Origin: Candidatus Saccharimonadota bacterium
GTDB lineage: Bacteria > Patescibacteriota > Gracilibacteria > Absconditabacterales > Absconditicoccaceae
Assembly (NCBI GenBank): GCA_030429145.1
Contig: JAUIDC010000001.1
Location: 420,001 to 452,000, forward strand
Length of the DNA stretch: 32,000 nt
Direction: 5' to 3'
A program made the translations under genes and the position numbers. Below are positions 1 through 10,500 of this stretch, one piece after another. Position 1 is the stretch's first letter, and every line of letters begins with the position of its first letter. The notes under the pieces are model-generated. The model was not told the origin of the DNA and did no database searches. It saw nothing but the letters and a program-made list of their open reading frames with translations.

Positions 1-687
1 GTGCTCAAGATAGTTGATGAGCTCGTCAAGTGAGTTGGTGCGTCTCGATAGCACCACTTCTTCGCTTTCGCCTCTACTGAACATATAGTAGATGTCGCTA
101 TGCCAAAGAGAGTACGCCTTTCCATTGGCTGTATAGTAGCGCTGGATAAACGTTAAACCATCTGTTGATCCTGTGGTTTCTTTCGGAGGAATATAGGGAC
201 CATCATACTGAGCGTCGTCACTCTTTCCTTCAAGTGCGTTTACGACAGCAAAGTTGAGAAAATAAAGATATGCAAACTTGATTCTGTCGTCAAAAGTGAG
301 TAGTTCATCCTTATATTTCGCCCACATATCTGGGAGGAGAGCTCTCAATGATGATCTCAGCTTTGAGGTTGAGCTTCTGTCTTGCTCTACTCGAAGAGTA
401 TACACAAGACCAGTATAGAGAGCTTCGTACTCTCTTTTTTGCGCATCGTTTGGCACTCCAAGATAGTTGATGTTTGTGTCCCACTCTTTCATGTAGGCCT
501 GAAAATGTGCTTTGCTGTCGATTTCTTCCTTGATAATCATGACAGCTGAAGGGACATTGCAGTTTTTATCTGCAAAATTATATTGCCGTCCGGCACTTGG
601 AGCGATATTGCAGGCGGCACTGATGCCAAAAATACCAATAATAAAGCTTGCTGCTGAAAATATTCATTTTACGAGATGGCGAGACAT
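1..687 (-). CDS. Secreted or lipoprotein-like hypothetical protein (3' end lies outside the window)
   Basis: The minus-strand frame is open from ATG 685-687 to the window edge (229 codons). The N-terminus MSRHLVK-G(TGA 664-666)-IFSAASFIIGIFGISAAC looks like a signal peptide ending in Cys. I recognise no domain. The gene is absent from the ORF track because of the TGA and the window edge. Confidence 0.55.
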
Positions 688-768
688 CATCGATCTCTTA
701 GAGAATAAATACTGGTAATCTACGGTTTTTTACTGGCAATGCAACGCTAACTCACTATACTCTCGTAC

Positions 769-1164
769 ATGAAGCAAAAGTCATCAATCCTCGCGCTTGA
801 CTGGGGTAAGAAATATATAGGAGCCGCATATGTGCTGGAAGGGACCAGCATTGTTTTTCCGATAGGATATATACTCAATGATGCTGCACTGATAGGGGCT
901 CTTTCGGAGATAGTGTCTCGTTATAGAGTGAGGCATATCGTGATATGATTGCCTCATGATGATCGAGCAAAAGGACAGATAGAGCGCTTTGCAAAGACGC
1001 TCTCTAGGGTGACTGATGAGAAGATGGAGATAGAACTCGTTGATGAGGACTATACAAGTGTGCAGGCGTGAGAAACAACAGGGAACTATAAGAAAAATGT
1101 TGCTGAAGATACTATAGCTGCCATGATCATACTAGAGCGTCGATTGGAGCTCAACAAGAAATAA
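769..1164 (+). CDS. ruvX: Putative pre-16S rRNA nuclease / Holliday-junction-resolvase-like protein, YqgF (RuvX) family
   Basis: 132 codons from ATG 769 to TAA 1162-1164. The N-terminus SILALDWGKKYIGAAY is typical of YqgF. There are two in-frame TGA codons (946-948, 1069-1071). The first one completes the conserved IVI-G-LP motif if read as Gly. Confidence 0.85.
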
Positions 1165-1166
1165 GA

Positions 1167-1192
1167 AAAAAGCCCCTTTGGGAGCTTTTTTT
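1167..1192. terminator. Bidirectional intrinsic terminator between the convergent ruvX and PKD-protein genes
   Basis: AAAAGCCCC-TTTG-GGAGCTTTT hairpin (8 of 9 bp) flanked by an A-run and a T-run. It lies between the ruvX stop (1164) and the minus-strand stop at 1194-1196. Confidence 0.6.
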
Positions 1193-1193
1193 A

Positions 1194-4100
1194 TTATTTC
1201 TGTTGTTTATCTCACTGATTGTTTTGTGTTCCTGCTGTTGGCTTTGGCGTCGGTGCCGGAGTTGGTGTTGGTGTCGGAATGCTTGTAGGAGTGGCCCCTT
1301 GTTCAGGGTTTTCTTCTTCCTTTCTTTGCATTCTTGCTTTTACCGCAAAGATAACAACAAGAAGAACAAATCACCCTCCTAGTATGCCGACTACTCGTAA
1401 GATAATCTTAACGACTGTGCTGAGGCCTCCGGAACTACCACCTGTGTTCGTTGGAATGTCTGTCGTCGGTGCATCTGGGTTGACACAGCTCGTTCCCTCT
1501 ATTGAGTAGTAAAAGATGATTTCACATCTTTGTTGCTGTACTTGAGAGAGGTCGTCGGCATCTATCTCATTGTTGTCATGAGCTGCCTGTGCGATGGCAA
1601 GTATTTGGTCTAGTGTGTCTCTCACGACTCCCTTGTCTCCGTCCGATGATTCGATAGAGATGAAGAGCTGTTCTGCTTCTAGTCTTCTGTTTGCTGGGAG
1701 AAGGTAGAGTATTCCTTGTTTAGCATTGTTGTATACTGTTCCACCAAGAGCAGACTGTCCGCTTTCATTGGTGAGAGGAACGATTGCTTCTATGATGCTG
1801 TCTCTGAGGTTTGAACCTATGCTATTTGGGTTCATCTCCAAGTAGTCGTAGATCTGTACGATAATAGACTGAGCTGCTGCTGGATCTATCAGATTGTTTC
1901 TCAGATTGAGTAGGAGAGTCTTCAAGAATGCTGCGTCTTCAGGTGTTTGATCGATAAGCACATTCAGATCTCCATATGTTCTTTTGAGCTCTTCTGGGAG
2001 TGTATTGTCAAAATCGAGGAACTCGATAGTGATGTCTTTGCTAAGAAGTAGTCCGTCTTTCTCAAAGTAGACTCTTGCTATAGATGAGTCGAACTGTGGC
2101 GTGTATTTGATCATGGTCTCCTGGTTACATGCCATATCTCTATCTTGATCAGGTGAGCCATCTTTGTTGCTATCGAGAGCAATGTCTTTGTCTACGAAAC
2201 AATCTCCTTCTCACTCGTAGTGTGTGTAAAAGAGGACAGTGTTGTCTAGTCACTTTCCAACTTGGACGCGAGCATTTCCTCCTGTTGTCGAACTTGGTCA
2301 AGGAAGAGTAACGATGAGTGCTTCCTCTTCTGGTGCTGATCCAGTGATATCTACAACACCTCTTTGTCTAGACGTATTTCCATATCTGTCTGCTACATCG
2401 TACTGTATGGCAAACTTGCCCTGCTCAGGATAGGTCGCTACAAAGTAACTTCTGTTTTCTATGAGTAGATTGCTGTTAGTTTGACAGGTTTTGACATCTA
2501 GACAGAACACCTTAGATGTGATGTCTCCCAGGCTTATGTCTCTAATGACAATCTTGTCGTCTACTGTCGCATAGAGGAACTGCGCTTTTGTTCCTTTTTC
2601 GACATGGACGGTCTGTCATCTTGCGGTTCCTGTGCGTCATCTGTAGGTCACCTTTACTCTTGGTGTGTAGACGCCATCTTTTTCGTAGACATATGTTACT
2701 TTGGTGTCTTTCGTTGATAAGTCGTCAATACCATCACCGTCGAAGTCGTATTTGATGATTCTGTTTGCAACGAAGTCACTACTATTTGTCAGTACGTTTG
2801 CTTTTACTTCAAGTGTCAACTGTTCTCCAACTTTTGCATTTGGTCTGTCGACAAGTAATGTTACGACTGGGATGTCTGGTGTTTTACTGTCAGGAGGGAA
2901 GACTACGATAGGGCCATTGCCAATAATTTCTTCACTCGTGATTCCCACAGTGTCGTCATTGTCGTAGAGCTCTACACCAAATCTATATTCTCCGGCAAGT
3001 CTTGGGACAGAGAAGTATACATATGGAGTGCTTCCTGGAGTGACTTTCACTTCGAGGATCCTTTCAGGGTCTTGGGTGTTATAGTAGTACCATCTGAATT
3101 TACTGATACCTTGATATCCTCCGTCGAGGTCTCTTGCATTCACTGCATCAACTCTGACGATGAGCGGATCGTACTCTTGTGTGAAGATGTCCTGCTGTGC
3201 ATTCTGACCGAACCCAATACCTTGGATATTTCCGTATTGAGGAAATGAGACACGAAGGTTGTCGAGAGTTGGCTTGCTATTTTGTACATTGAACCAGATT
3301 TTTCTACTATCTGTTTTTCCTGCTTGTGTGTCTTCTACAGTAAGGTCTACGACCTGACATCCGAGAACATCAAAGTTGAATCTAAGCTGTTGGTTGACAG
3401 TCACGTTTTCATTTTGCGGTTTGAAGTAGTGTCTGAGGCCGTTCTTGTCTCCATTGATATTTACTGAGTCACTCGCATCGAGTGTAATGTCTTCATATCT
3501 GGCGACATTGTATGCAGGAACTGTGCCTAGTCATGGTTGATCACAAAATGCTTCAGGCATGACGATAGTTCCTTGTCTATTGAATACTTTATATGCTGGT
3601 ATTGGTGTCGCTCTTTCTCCGATAAACGCGAGAGCCTCTACCTCATTTTGTTCTCCTGAAGGAGTCGTTACTCTGAGGGTGATCTTGTAAGCGCCAGTTC
3701 TTTTATATGTGTGAGATATTCTATCTTCTTGTACTATGTTCTTTGATTGATCTCCGAAGTCCCACTCGTAGCTAGCCACACTCTTATTTGTTTTCACGAG
3801 GAAGTTCGTTGTATTTCCTAGCGTGGTTGCAATAGGTGTTACGAATACGTAAGGTCTGAGCGAAGACTCAATAACTACCTGTTTCTCTGTTGTTTCTATC
3901 TTGCCGTATCTGTCAGTAACAGTAAGTCTTATCGTATAGGTTCCTTTTTCGTTGAATGAAACGAGAACTCTTTTGCCATCGTCATATCTTTGCTCTACAG
4001 TTGTGTTTTCTCCATTGGAGAACGACCAATCATACGTAAGAGCGTCGTTGCCATTGGTTGCGTCGTAGTCGCTTGTTGCTGAGGCATTGAAAATATATTG

Positions 4101-5456
4101 CGATGGATGCTTCCACTGCTGGGTAGGCTCCATCGTGAATTGAGGAACTGGTGGGGTAGAATCTACAAACACTTTTGCCATGTCCTGATTTTCTTGTCCT
4201 TGTTCGTCAATGACTCTCAGTACAACGGTATAGTTACCAGGTGCGGGGAATCTTTTTTGTATAGTTTTTTGATTTTGAATAGATTCGAGAATATTTCCAT
4301 CTTCATCGTAGATAGTTCGAGAAAATGTTTTGAGGTTTGATATCACTGAGTATGATGTGCTTGCATCAAATGAGTACGTTGTTGATGTGTTTCCGCCATT
4401 GGCTGGAGACTGTTTGATCGTTGCGACAGGGTCTGATACCACAAGTTGGAAGTCTTTGGTAACGGTATTTCCTTCGTTGTCTCTCACGCTCAGCTGTACA
4501 TTGTAGAGCCCATTGTTTCCGATAGGTAGCACATATGCACTAGGCGGCGTGTTTGAAGCAGAGCGCTGAGAAAATCCGTTCTCTCATTCAACGGTCCACT
4601 CGTGCCAGAGGATCTGTCTTCCTCCGAGCGGCGTTGTTGCTGAACCATCTAGTCTGATCCCTCTCTGCGCTTCCTGTGTTCCTATTTTGGTTGGAACTTG
4701 ATCATTCATCCTTTTGCCATTTGCAAAGATGGTGATGTTCGCTGCTTGTGGAGCGACGCTAATGTCGAGGACCTGTTCGCCATCGAATATACCTTCGTCA
4801 GCATTGTTGATGCTTCTGACCGTGAGACGAACTTTGTAGTTTCCTTGTTCAGTAAAAGTATGTTTTACCACACTTCCTTTTCCGATGATTTTTTCTTCAC
4901 CATCTACGTCTCTGTAGTACCAAAAGAAATTGTTTGCTGGTATGGTAGTGTTTGAAGGATCCTGACTTTGTCTCGCATCAAAAGTCACGGTAAGAGGAGC
5001 AGAGTTAGATGACTGGTCATAGAGTGCTTCTGCTCTTGGTTGCACGGTGTATGTAGTATTAATCTCTTTGATGATAGCTTGCAGTGGATCAAAACAGTTA
5101 TTGCTGAAAAGAGAGAAATTGTTGTAGTCGAAGCTACGTGAAAGAGTCTGTGAAGTGATGAGGCACTGTTCATAGACGGTTTTAAATTCCGGCTTTTTAG
5201 GAAAGTAGTCAAAGACATACTGGAAGTTTGTATAAAGCCTACTGAAGAGGTTCGTATCGATATTGCTACCAACCTGCTTGGCTGCTTGAATCTTTACCAA
5301 GATGTCCTGTACATCATTTCGCTGTGATGCGATCTTGAAGTTTGGTCTGTATTCAACAGGGATTGCCGCTTGAACGAAGTTGACAGGTTGGAATGCCTGC
5401 AGTAGCACTAAGCTTATTCGTCCGGCAGTGATAATGTGCTTTACGCGAGATCTCAT
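1194..5456 (-). CDS. Giant membrane-anchored surface protein with PKD/Ig-like repeats and a thrombospondin-type-3-like Ca-binding repeat (1420 aa)
   Basis: Five track fragments (4584-5456, 3531-4532, 2637-3404, 2298-2510, 1371-2135) share one frame. I walked every gap codon by codon and found only TGA (4584, 3531, 2637, 2616, 2298, 2250, 2211, 1371, 1212), with no TAA/TAG before TAA 1194-1196. ATG 5454-5456 is preceded by AGAAGG. PKD-type motifs are VTFDARQSQDP, YSFDASTSYS, LTYDWSFSNGE, YEWDFGDQS and KYDFDGDGIDD. An Asp-rich repeat DGDCFVDKDIALDSNKDGSPDQDRD lies at about 2136-2210. The C-terminus has a TM helix (ILRVVGILGGGFVLLVVIFAV) followed by a tail PTPTPTPAPTPKPT. Confidence 0.85.
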
Positions 5457-5548
5457 AGAAGAACCTTCTAAAAAATAAATTTACTTTAGTATATGCATAA
5501 ATAGAGAAAACAACAAAAAGTGTCTCTATTTATAGTGGTTTTTATCAT

Positions 5549-5577
5549 AAAACAAAAAACTGTCAATGGTTTGACAG
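5549..5577 (-). terminator. Intrinsic terminator downstream of the VPETG surface-protein gene
   Basis: On the minus strand the sequence reads CTGTCAA-ACCA-TTGACAG, a perfect 7-bp stem, followed by TTTTTTGTTTT. It starts 31 nt after the TAA at 5608-5610. Confidence 0.75.
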
Positions 5578-5607
5578 CTTTTTGCCGGACTGTTAGAGAA
5601 AATAGGA

Positions 5608-6510
5608 TTATTTTGCTCCTCTGAACTTATAGACGACGTAGATAAGCATCATGAGGAAGGTACTCATAAGGATGATGTTTAATCCAGGCCCTGTCTCAGG
5701 GACTCCCTTTCCTGGAGGAGTAGAAATTTCGTCAATTTTCATATTCATAACTCTTTCTGAACCAATCGTATTTCCATTTGCATCGATGCCGATGATTCTG
5801 ATGTTGTATGAACCAACTGCGCTGACTACAAATGAGAACATTTCGTCAGAGGCGTTTGCGCTACCGAGAAGCGTGTAGTTTGTATCATTGAGATTTTTCA
5901 ATGAGAACTCGTACTTACTGACTGCGTCAGTGTTGTTCCACTTTACAGTGATGTTGTTGCCAGAGACAACGTAGGTGAAGTTTGCGTCGGCGTCACTTGG
6001 TGCGCCAAGTGTATTGTCTTGATTGTTTGACGCAGTGTTATCTGCTGTAACTCCTGGCGTAGTAAATGATTCTTCAGTCGAAAAGTCTCCAGAAATTCCA
6101 TCTTTGTTTGTTGGTTTGATGATGAAATAGTAGAGTGTTCCCGGCTTGAGATCAGTGAGTCTTAGCTCTATCATATTGTTTTCAATGTCTGAGCTTTCGA
6201 GTGTGAACTTCTCCTCAAAGAGATCCTGAGGTTCTGCGATACTAATGCTTTTTCCTTCGCTATACACAACAGAGTACTGGAGTATGTACTCACCGTTTGC
6301 TTGTACGACAGGAGCCTTGATGGTCATGCCTGTTGAGGTTCCCCCAGTGGTGACAATAATGTCAGACGGAGTGAATCCCCATGATGTAGTGCTTCCAAAA
6401 ATGGAATCTATAGAACTATCTTCAGCAGCAAGTGAAACAGAGGTAACAAGTGCGATACCAGCTGTTGCAGCGAGCATGTATCAAAGGAGCTTTTTCGACC
6501 ATGTCTGCAT
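5608..6510 (-). CDS. Sortase-substrate surface protein with FN3/Ig-like modules and a VPETG sorting signal (300 aa)
   Basis: ATG 6508-6510 extends track ORF 5608-6477 upstream through TGA 6481-6483. This gives the signal peptide MQTWSKKLLGYMLAATAGIALVTSVSLAAE. An FN3-like signature is TLYYFIIKPTNKDGISGDFSTEESFTT. The C-terminus is VPETG (5689-5703), then the hydrophobic stretch LNIILMSTFLMMLIYVVY, then the basic tail KFRGAK. The stop is TAA 5608-5610. Confidence 0.8.
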
Positions 6511-6748
6511 GGCTACAATTTCTATAAAGGGATAAAAAGAGGTGTTATCTACTCCAGTTTGATATGTATACGCATAGAAAAATCAAGTGCCTTTGTGAAA
6601 AGAATGTGCAATATTTGGGGAAAATTTGTGGATTTTGTATGGTAACCCCTTTTTCCACCTGCTATTTCTCTCTTTATTATAAAATGAAAAAAATGATTTA
6701 CAAAATGGGTAATTACTGTCTAGTAGCGGTTGTTTTTTGTGTAATCAA

Positions 6749-6776
6749 TTGCATTTATCAGTCTTTTCCATACGAT
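6749..6776 (+). promoter_or_regulatory. Candidate sigma70-type promoter of frr
   Basis: TTGCAT (6749-6754), a 16-nt spacer, then TACGAT (6771-6776), 35 nt upstream of the frr ATG. The same architecture occurs at several other gene starts in the window. Confidence 0.4.
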
Positions 6777-6810
6777 ACAGACATCTTTTACTCATCTTGT
6801 ATACAAAAAT

Positions 6811-7365
6811 ATGGACATAGGATCATATAAGGCAAATATGGAAAAAGTGCTTCAGCACTTGCAGCATGAATTTACGACTCTTCAGATTGGAAGAGCATCT
6901 ACAGGCATCGTGGAAAATATAGATGTATTTATTCCTGCGTATGGGATGACGCAAAAACTCCCTCAGCTTGGTAATGTCTCACTTATGGACAGCCAGACAA
7001 TTAAAATAGAGGCTTGGGATAAGAGCGTCTATTCTTCTATAGAGAAAGCGATTTATGATGCTGACATTGGTCTTACTCCACAAAATCAGGGGGAGTATAT
7101 TATCATCCAAATTCCTCCACTGACGACAGAAAGAAGAAAGGAACTTACGAAACTTGTTGCAAGAATGGGTGAAGAGTCTAAGGTGAGACTCAGAAATGTC
7201 CGTCACGATATTATAGATGCAATCAAAAAGGAATTTGCTGAAAAGGCTATCTCAGAGGATCAAAAAAAGGCATTTGAAGGAGAGGCTGATGACATGACAA
7301 AAGAGTTTGTAGCGAAGATAGATACAGCTGTGAAAGCAAAATCGGAAGATATTATGAAAGTATAG
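6811..7365 (+). CDS. frr: Ribosome recycling factor
   Basis: 184 codons with no internal TGA, ending in TAG. It matches the Frr family over its full length in size and sequence character (LQIGRASTGIVENIDV ... LTTERRKELTKLV ... VRLRNVRHD). Confidence 0.95.
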   Translation: MDIGSYKANMEKVLQHLQHEFTTLQIGRASTGIVENIDVFIPAYGMTQKLPQLGNVSLMDSQTIKIEAWDKSVYSSIEKAIYDADIGLTPQNQGEYIIIQIPPLTTERRKELTKLVARMGEESKVRLRNVRHDIIDAIKKEFAEKAISEDQKKAFEGEADDMTKEFVAKIDTAVKAKSEDIMKV

Positions 7366-7398
7366 TCCGCTATTCGTTACTCGGAGAGAAAAAAGGAA

Positions 7399-7428
7399 AG
7401 AGTTTGCGCCTCGCAAAACTCTTTTTTT
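7399..7428 (+). terminator. Intrinsic terminator after frr
   Basis: AGAGTTTGCG-CC-TCGCAAAACTC imperfect hairpin followed by TTTTTTT, about 35 nt after the frr stop. Confidence 0.7.
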
Positions 7429-7441
7429 AGTTTTTTGTTAT

Positions 7442-7469
7442 TTGCATTTTTTTTCTAAACAGATACAAT
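7442..7469 (+). promoter_or_regulatory. Candidate promoter of the 1631-aa giant gene
   Basis: TTGCAT (7442-7447), a 16-nt spacer, then TACAAT (7464-7469). The Shine-Dalgarno-like GAGGGAG lies just upstream of ATG 7509. Confidence 0.45.
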
Positions 7470-7508
7470 AATAGGGATTATGTTTTTTACACATTCTGAG
7501 GGAGAAAT

Positions 7509-10500
7509 ATGGCAAATAAACGCCCTGATGAAGAGCAAAATGAACAGGAAAAAAAACAGGAGCAGGAAAAGAAAAAGTCGCATGCGGAGCTCTTGCAAAA
7601 GTGAATAGCAGAGCGCGTGACAGAATTTTTGTCTACTCAGGAATGAAAAAATGCCCTTGCCAAGGGGAAGGACTCTTTCGTTGAAGCTTTCTTACAGACG
7701 CGGGAAAAGGCAGATGAAAATATGCTCACCTCTTATAAGGAGTTGATAGGAAAGAAGGCGGATGAAGAGTTGACTCTAGATGATTTGAAAGATGTTCGTA
7801 TCAATTATGAACAGACACTGGATAGTTATATAACTACTGCAGAGAGTTCTCATATTGCTGAGTTGCAGGAGAAGAGCGTTGCTCATGCATTTATGCAGAA
7901 GATGAGTGACGAGATTGCCTCGAAGCACTTCTCGCAGGAACATCGTGATGCATGGCAACAATACGTACTTTCTCATGAAAAACAGATAGACGATCGCTCG
8001 GATCTTGAACGCCTCTTGAAGAAATTTTTTGAACAGACGGGAGTGGTTATCTCTGCTGAGCAAAAGAAGCGCCTGCAGAAAGTGTCGATAGATTTTCGCG
8101 ATGTGGCTGACTACATGAAGACACAAGATGGCTTTGAAAAGGAGGCGCTCGACAAACTCAATAAGAAAGGAATTATCACTGCGAATACCGACGCTGAGAG
8201 TATGGTAAAGTCTTTCCTTCGTACATATGTAAAAACGGAAGTTGCCCCTGCCTACCAGCGTCAACAGGAGAAACTGTACAATATACAGTCGATCTACAAG
8301 GTGCCATGATTTCAAAAGGTACTACAAGAGTACGACCTTTCTGTTGATAATCTTCGTGCGCACGATAAGGCATTTAATATCGTCTATGCAAATGAGACGA
8401 AGAGTAATGAGGAGAAGCTCATTGCACAGCAGAAGGCTATCGTTTCTTTGGTGGGCAAGAAGGATCCTACATTAGCTTCACTTATGGAGAAGCTTTTTCA
8501 TAGCAATTATAATCTTGCAAAACTTGATGCAAAACAGCAGCAAGAGTATATAGACCGTTTCCATCATATGTGGACGAATAGCTCTGAGATGAAGGTGTTT
8601 GATGAGCTACTTGAACAGTTTGGTAGTTCGGCGCAAGAGCGTCAGGAGCTTATGAAGCAGGCGTTCGATCTTTCACAAAAAGAGCTTCGCATCAAAGATA
8701 AACAAGGAGTAGATCGCGTTATTTCACTTGATAAAAAGATCGTTGATCGCAATCGAAGTGCGGAAAACATGTCTGAGTCTTTGGCTCATGCCGTGCCATT
8801 GGTATTTTTGATCCAGCCGAATGAAACTCTAGAGAAAGAGTATGTACAACAACTAGCTAATGTAGACGACAAAAATTTTCAGCTCAAAGATGCGGATGGA
8901 AAAGACATCGAGTTGTTTCCTGGAAATCATGTAGAGATAACAACAAAGGACGGGAAGAAACACACAGGATATATCTACAAGGACCCTGAAGGAAATGTCT
9001 TTCTGAGTGAACAGCCTTGAAGCGATAAGAAGATAGAAATTTCACAAAAAGAGCTTCAGGAGTCAAAAAGTCGTCTCTTGGACGAAACCTACGTACTTGA
9101 GCCAGAAGCGCTGCCTGCACTTATGACCCACATGGCCCTGTTGAAAGAAGTGAATGCTCGTGACGAACAGGAAAATCGCGATGCCATAGACGAAAGAAAT
9201 CATGACATAGCTCAAAATGCCCTACATAAGGACTTTGATAAGGAGGAGTCTCTGGCTTCTCATGAGAGTCCGACCGACGAACAAATAGAAAATACCAACT
9301 GGGACAATGAAGAGGCTGTTGATGGCATCAGTGATGAACAGAAAAAAGAACGAATAGCTTATACAGATGCTCGCCTTAAAGAGAACAATAAAAAGATTGA
9401 GAAACTTGATAAACAGATCAGAGAACAAGATAACATCATCAAGGATTTGCAAAAAGAACTCAAGGTTGCACACGCGAAAAAGCCTCTTGATGAGGAACAA
9501 GTGCAACGCCTTGAGCATAATTTACATGAGGCTGAAAAGAAAAGAGATAGTCTCATAGATGACAAGTACGTTCTTTCGGCAAAAAATGACAGCCTAGAAA
9601 AAGCAAACAAGAAGCTGCGTGAGCAGAAAAAAGAAAAAACTGATGATAAACAGGAAGAGGCTGCCAGAGAACAATCTGAGGGGAAAAACTTTCATGAAAT
9701 CTGGTCTGAGCTTCTCGGAGACAAGACGATAGATGAGCCGATCCCTGGCAAGACGACTTTTATGGCTCTGCTTCCTGATGCTACCTCTTCTCGCAGTGGT
9801 GGCGGTGGCGTTTGGGTCAGAGGTGAAATCATAGGGTACGACAAAGACACTCATACGATCCAGGTAAAATGGCACGGAACAGAAGGAAAACTTTCAAGCA
9901 AAGAAACAGGAGAGAACCTAGAATGAGCGGTTTCTACCGTGCATGGTGCGGAAGGGCTGAGTGCTCTCAAACGTGCCATGGGAAAGGTCTACAAATTCAA
10001 AAAATATTCAACGATTACACAGTGGGGACTCGATCTTAAAGGTGGAGTAACTACTGCGGACGATGATACCACGACGACTGGAACTCACTTCCATTTTGAT
10101 AAGAAATATGAGGGATGGCGAAATCATCTTAAGGAGGATATCAATTTTTCAAGTATGAAAAACCAACAGACAGGAAAAGATATTAGATATTTTGGTAAAA
10201 AAATTGGAGATACGAGAGCGTGGTATGAGATAGATTTGAAGGGCGACGCGGTGAGCGTAAGAGAGATCCAGATAGAAGATGAGAAGAATGATGATGATCA
10301 GATTGTCAAAAGAACAAAGAAGATTATGTACGAGCAGACCATGCCTGTCAATGATTTTATGATGTTTGCTATGGAGAAAGACCTCAGAGGGTATACGCAA
10401 GAGGATGTCGATAAGGCGAATGGTGCGGATGAGGATAAGAGCAAGGCGTGAAAAGATTATATTGATGATGTTGTTGAAGAGGTTGCTCAACCAGCGAGTA

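Noticed and set aside
1219-1509. A plus-strand ORF beginning with a GVGAGVGVGVG repeat, which might be taken for a Gly/Val-repeat protein.
   Set aside because: It is the reverse-complement shadow of the Pro/Thr-rich tail (PTPTPTPAPTPKPT) and TM anchor of the 1420-aa minus-strand gene, whose frame is continuous to TAA 1194-1196.
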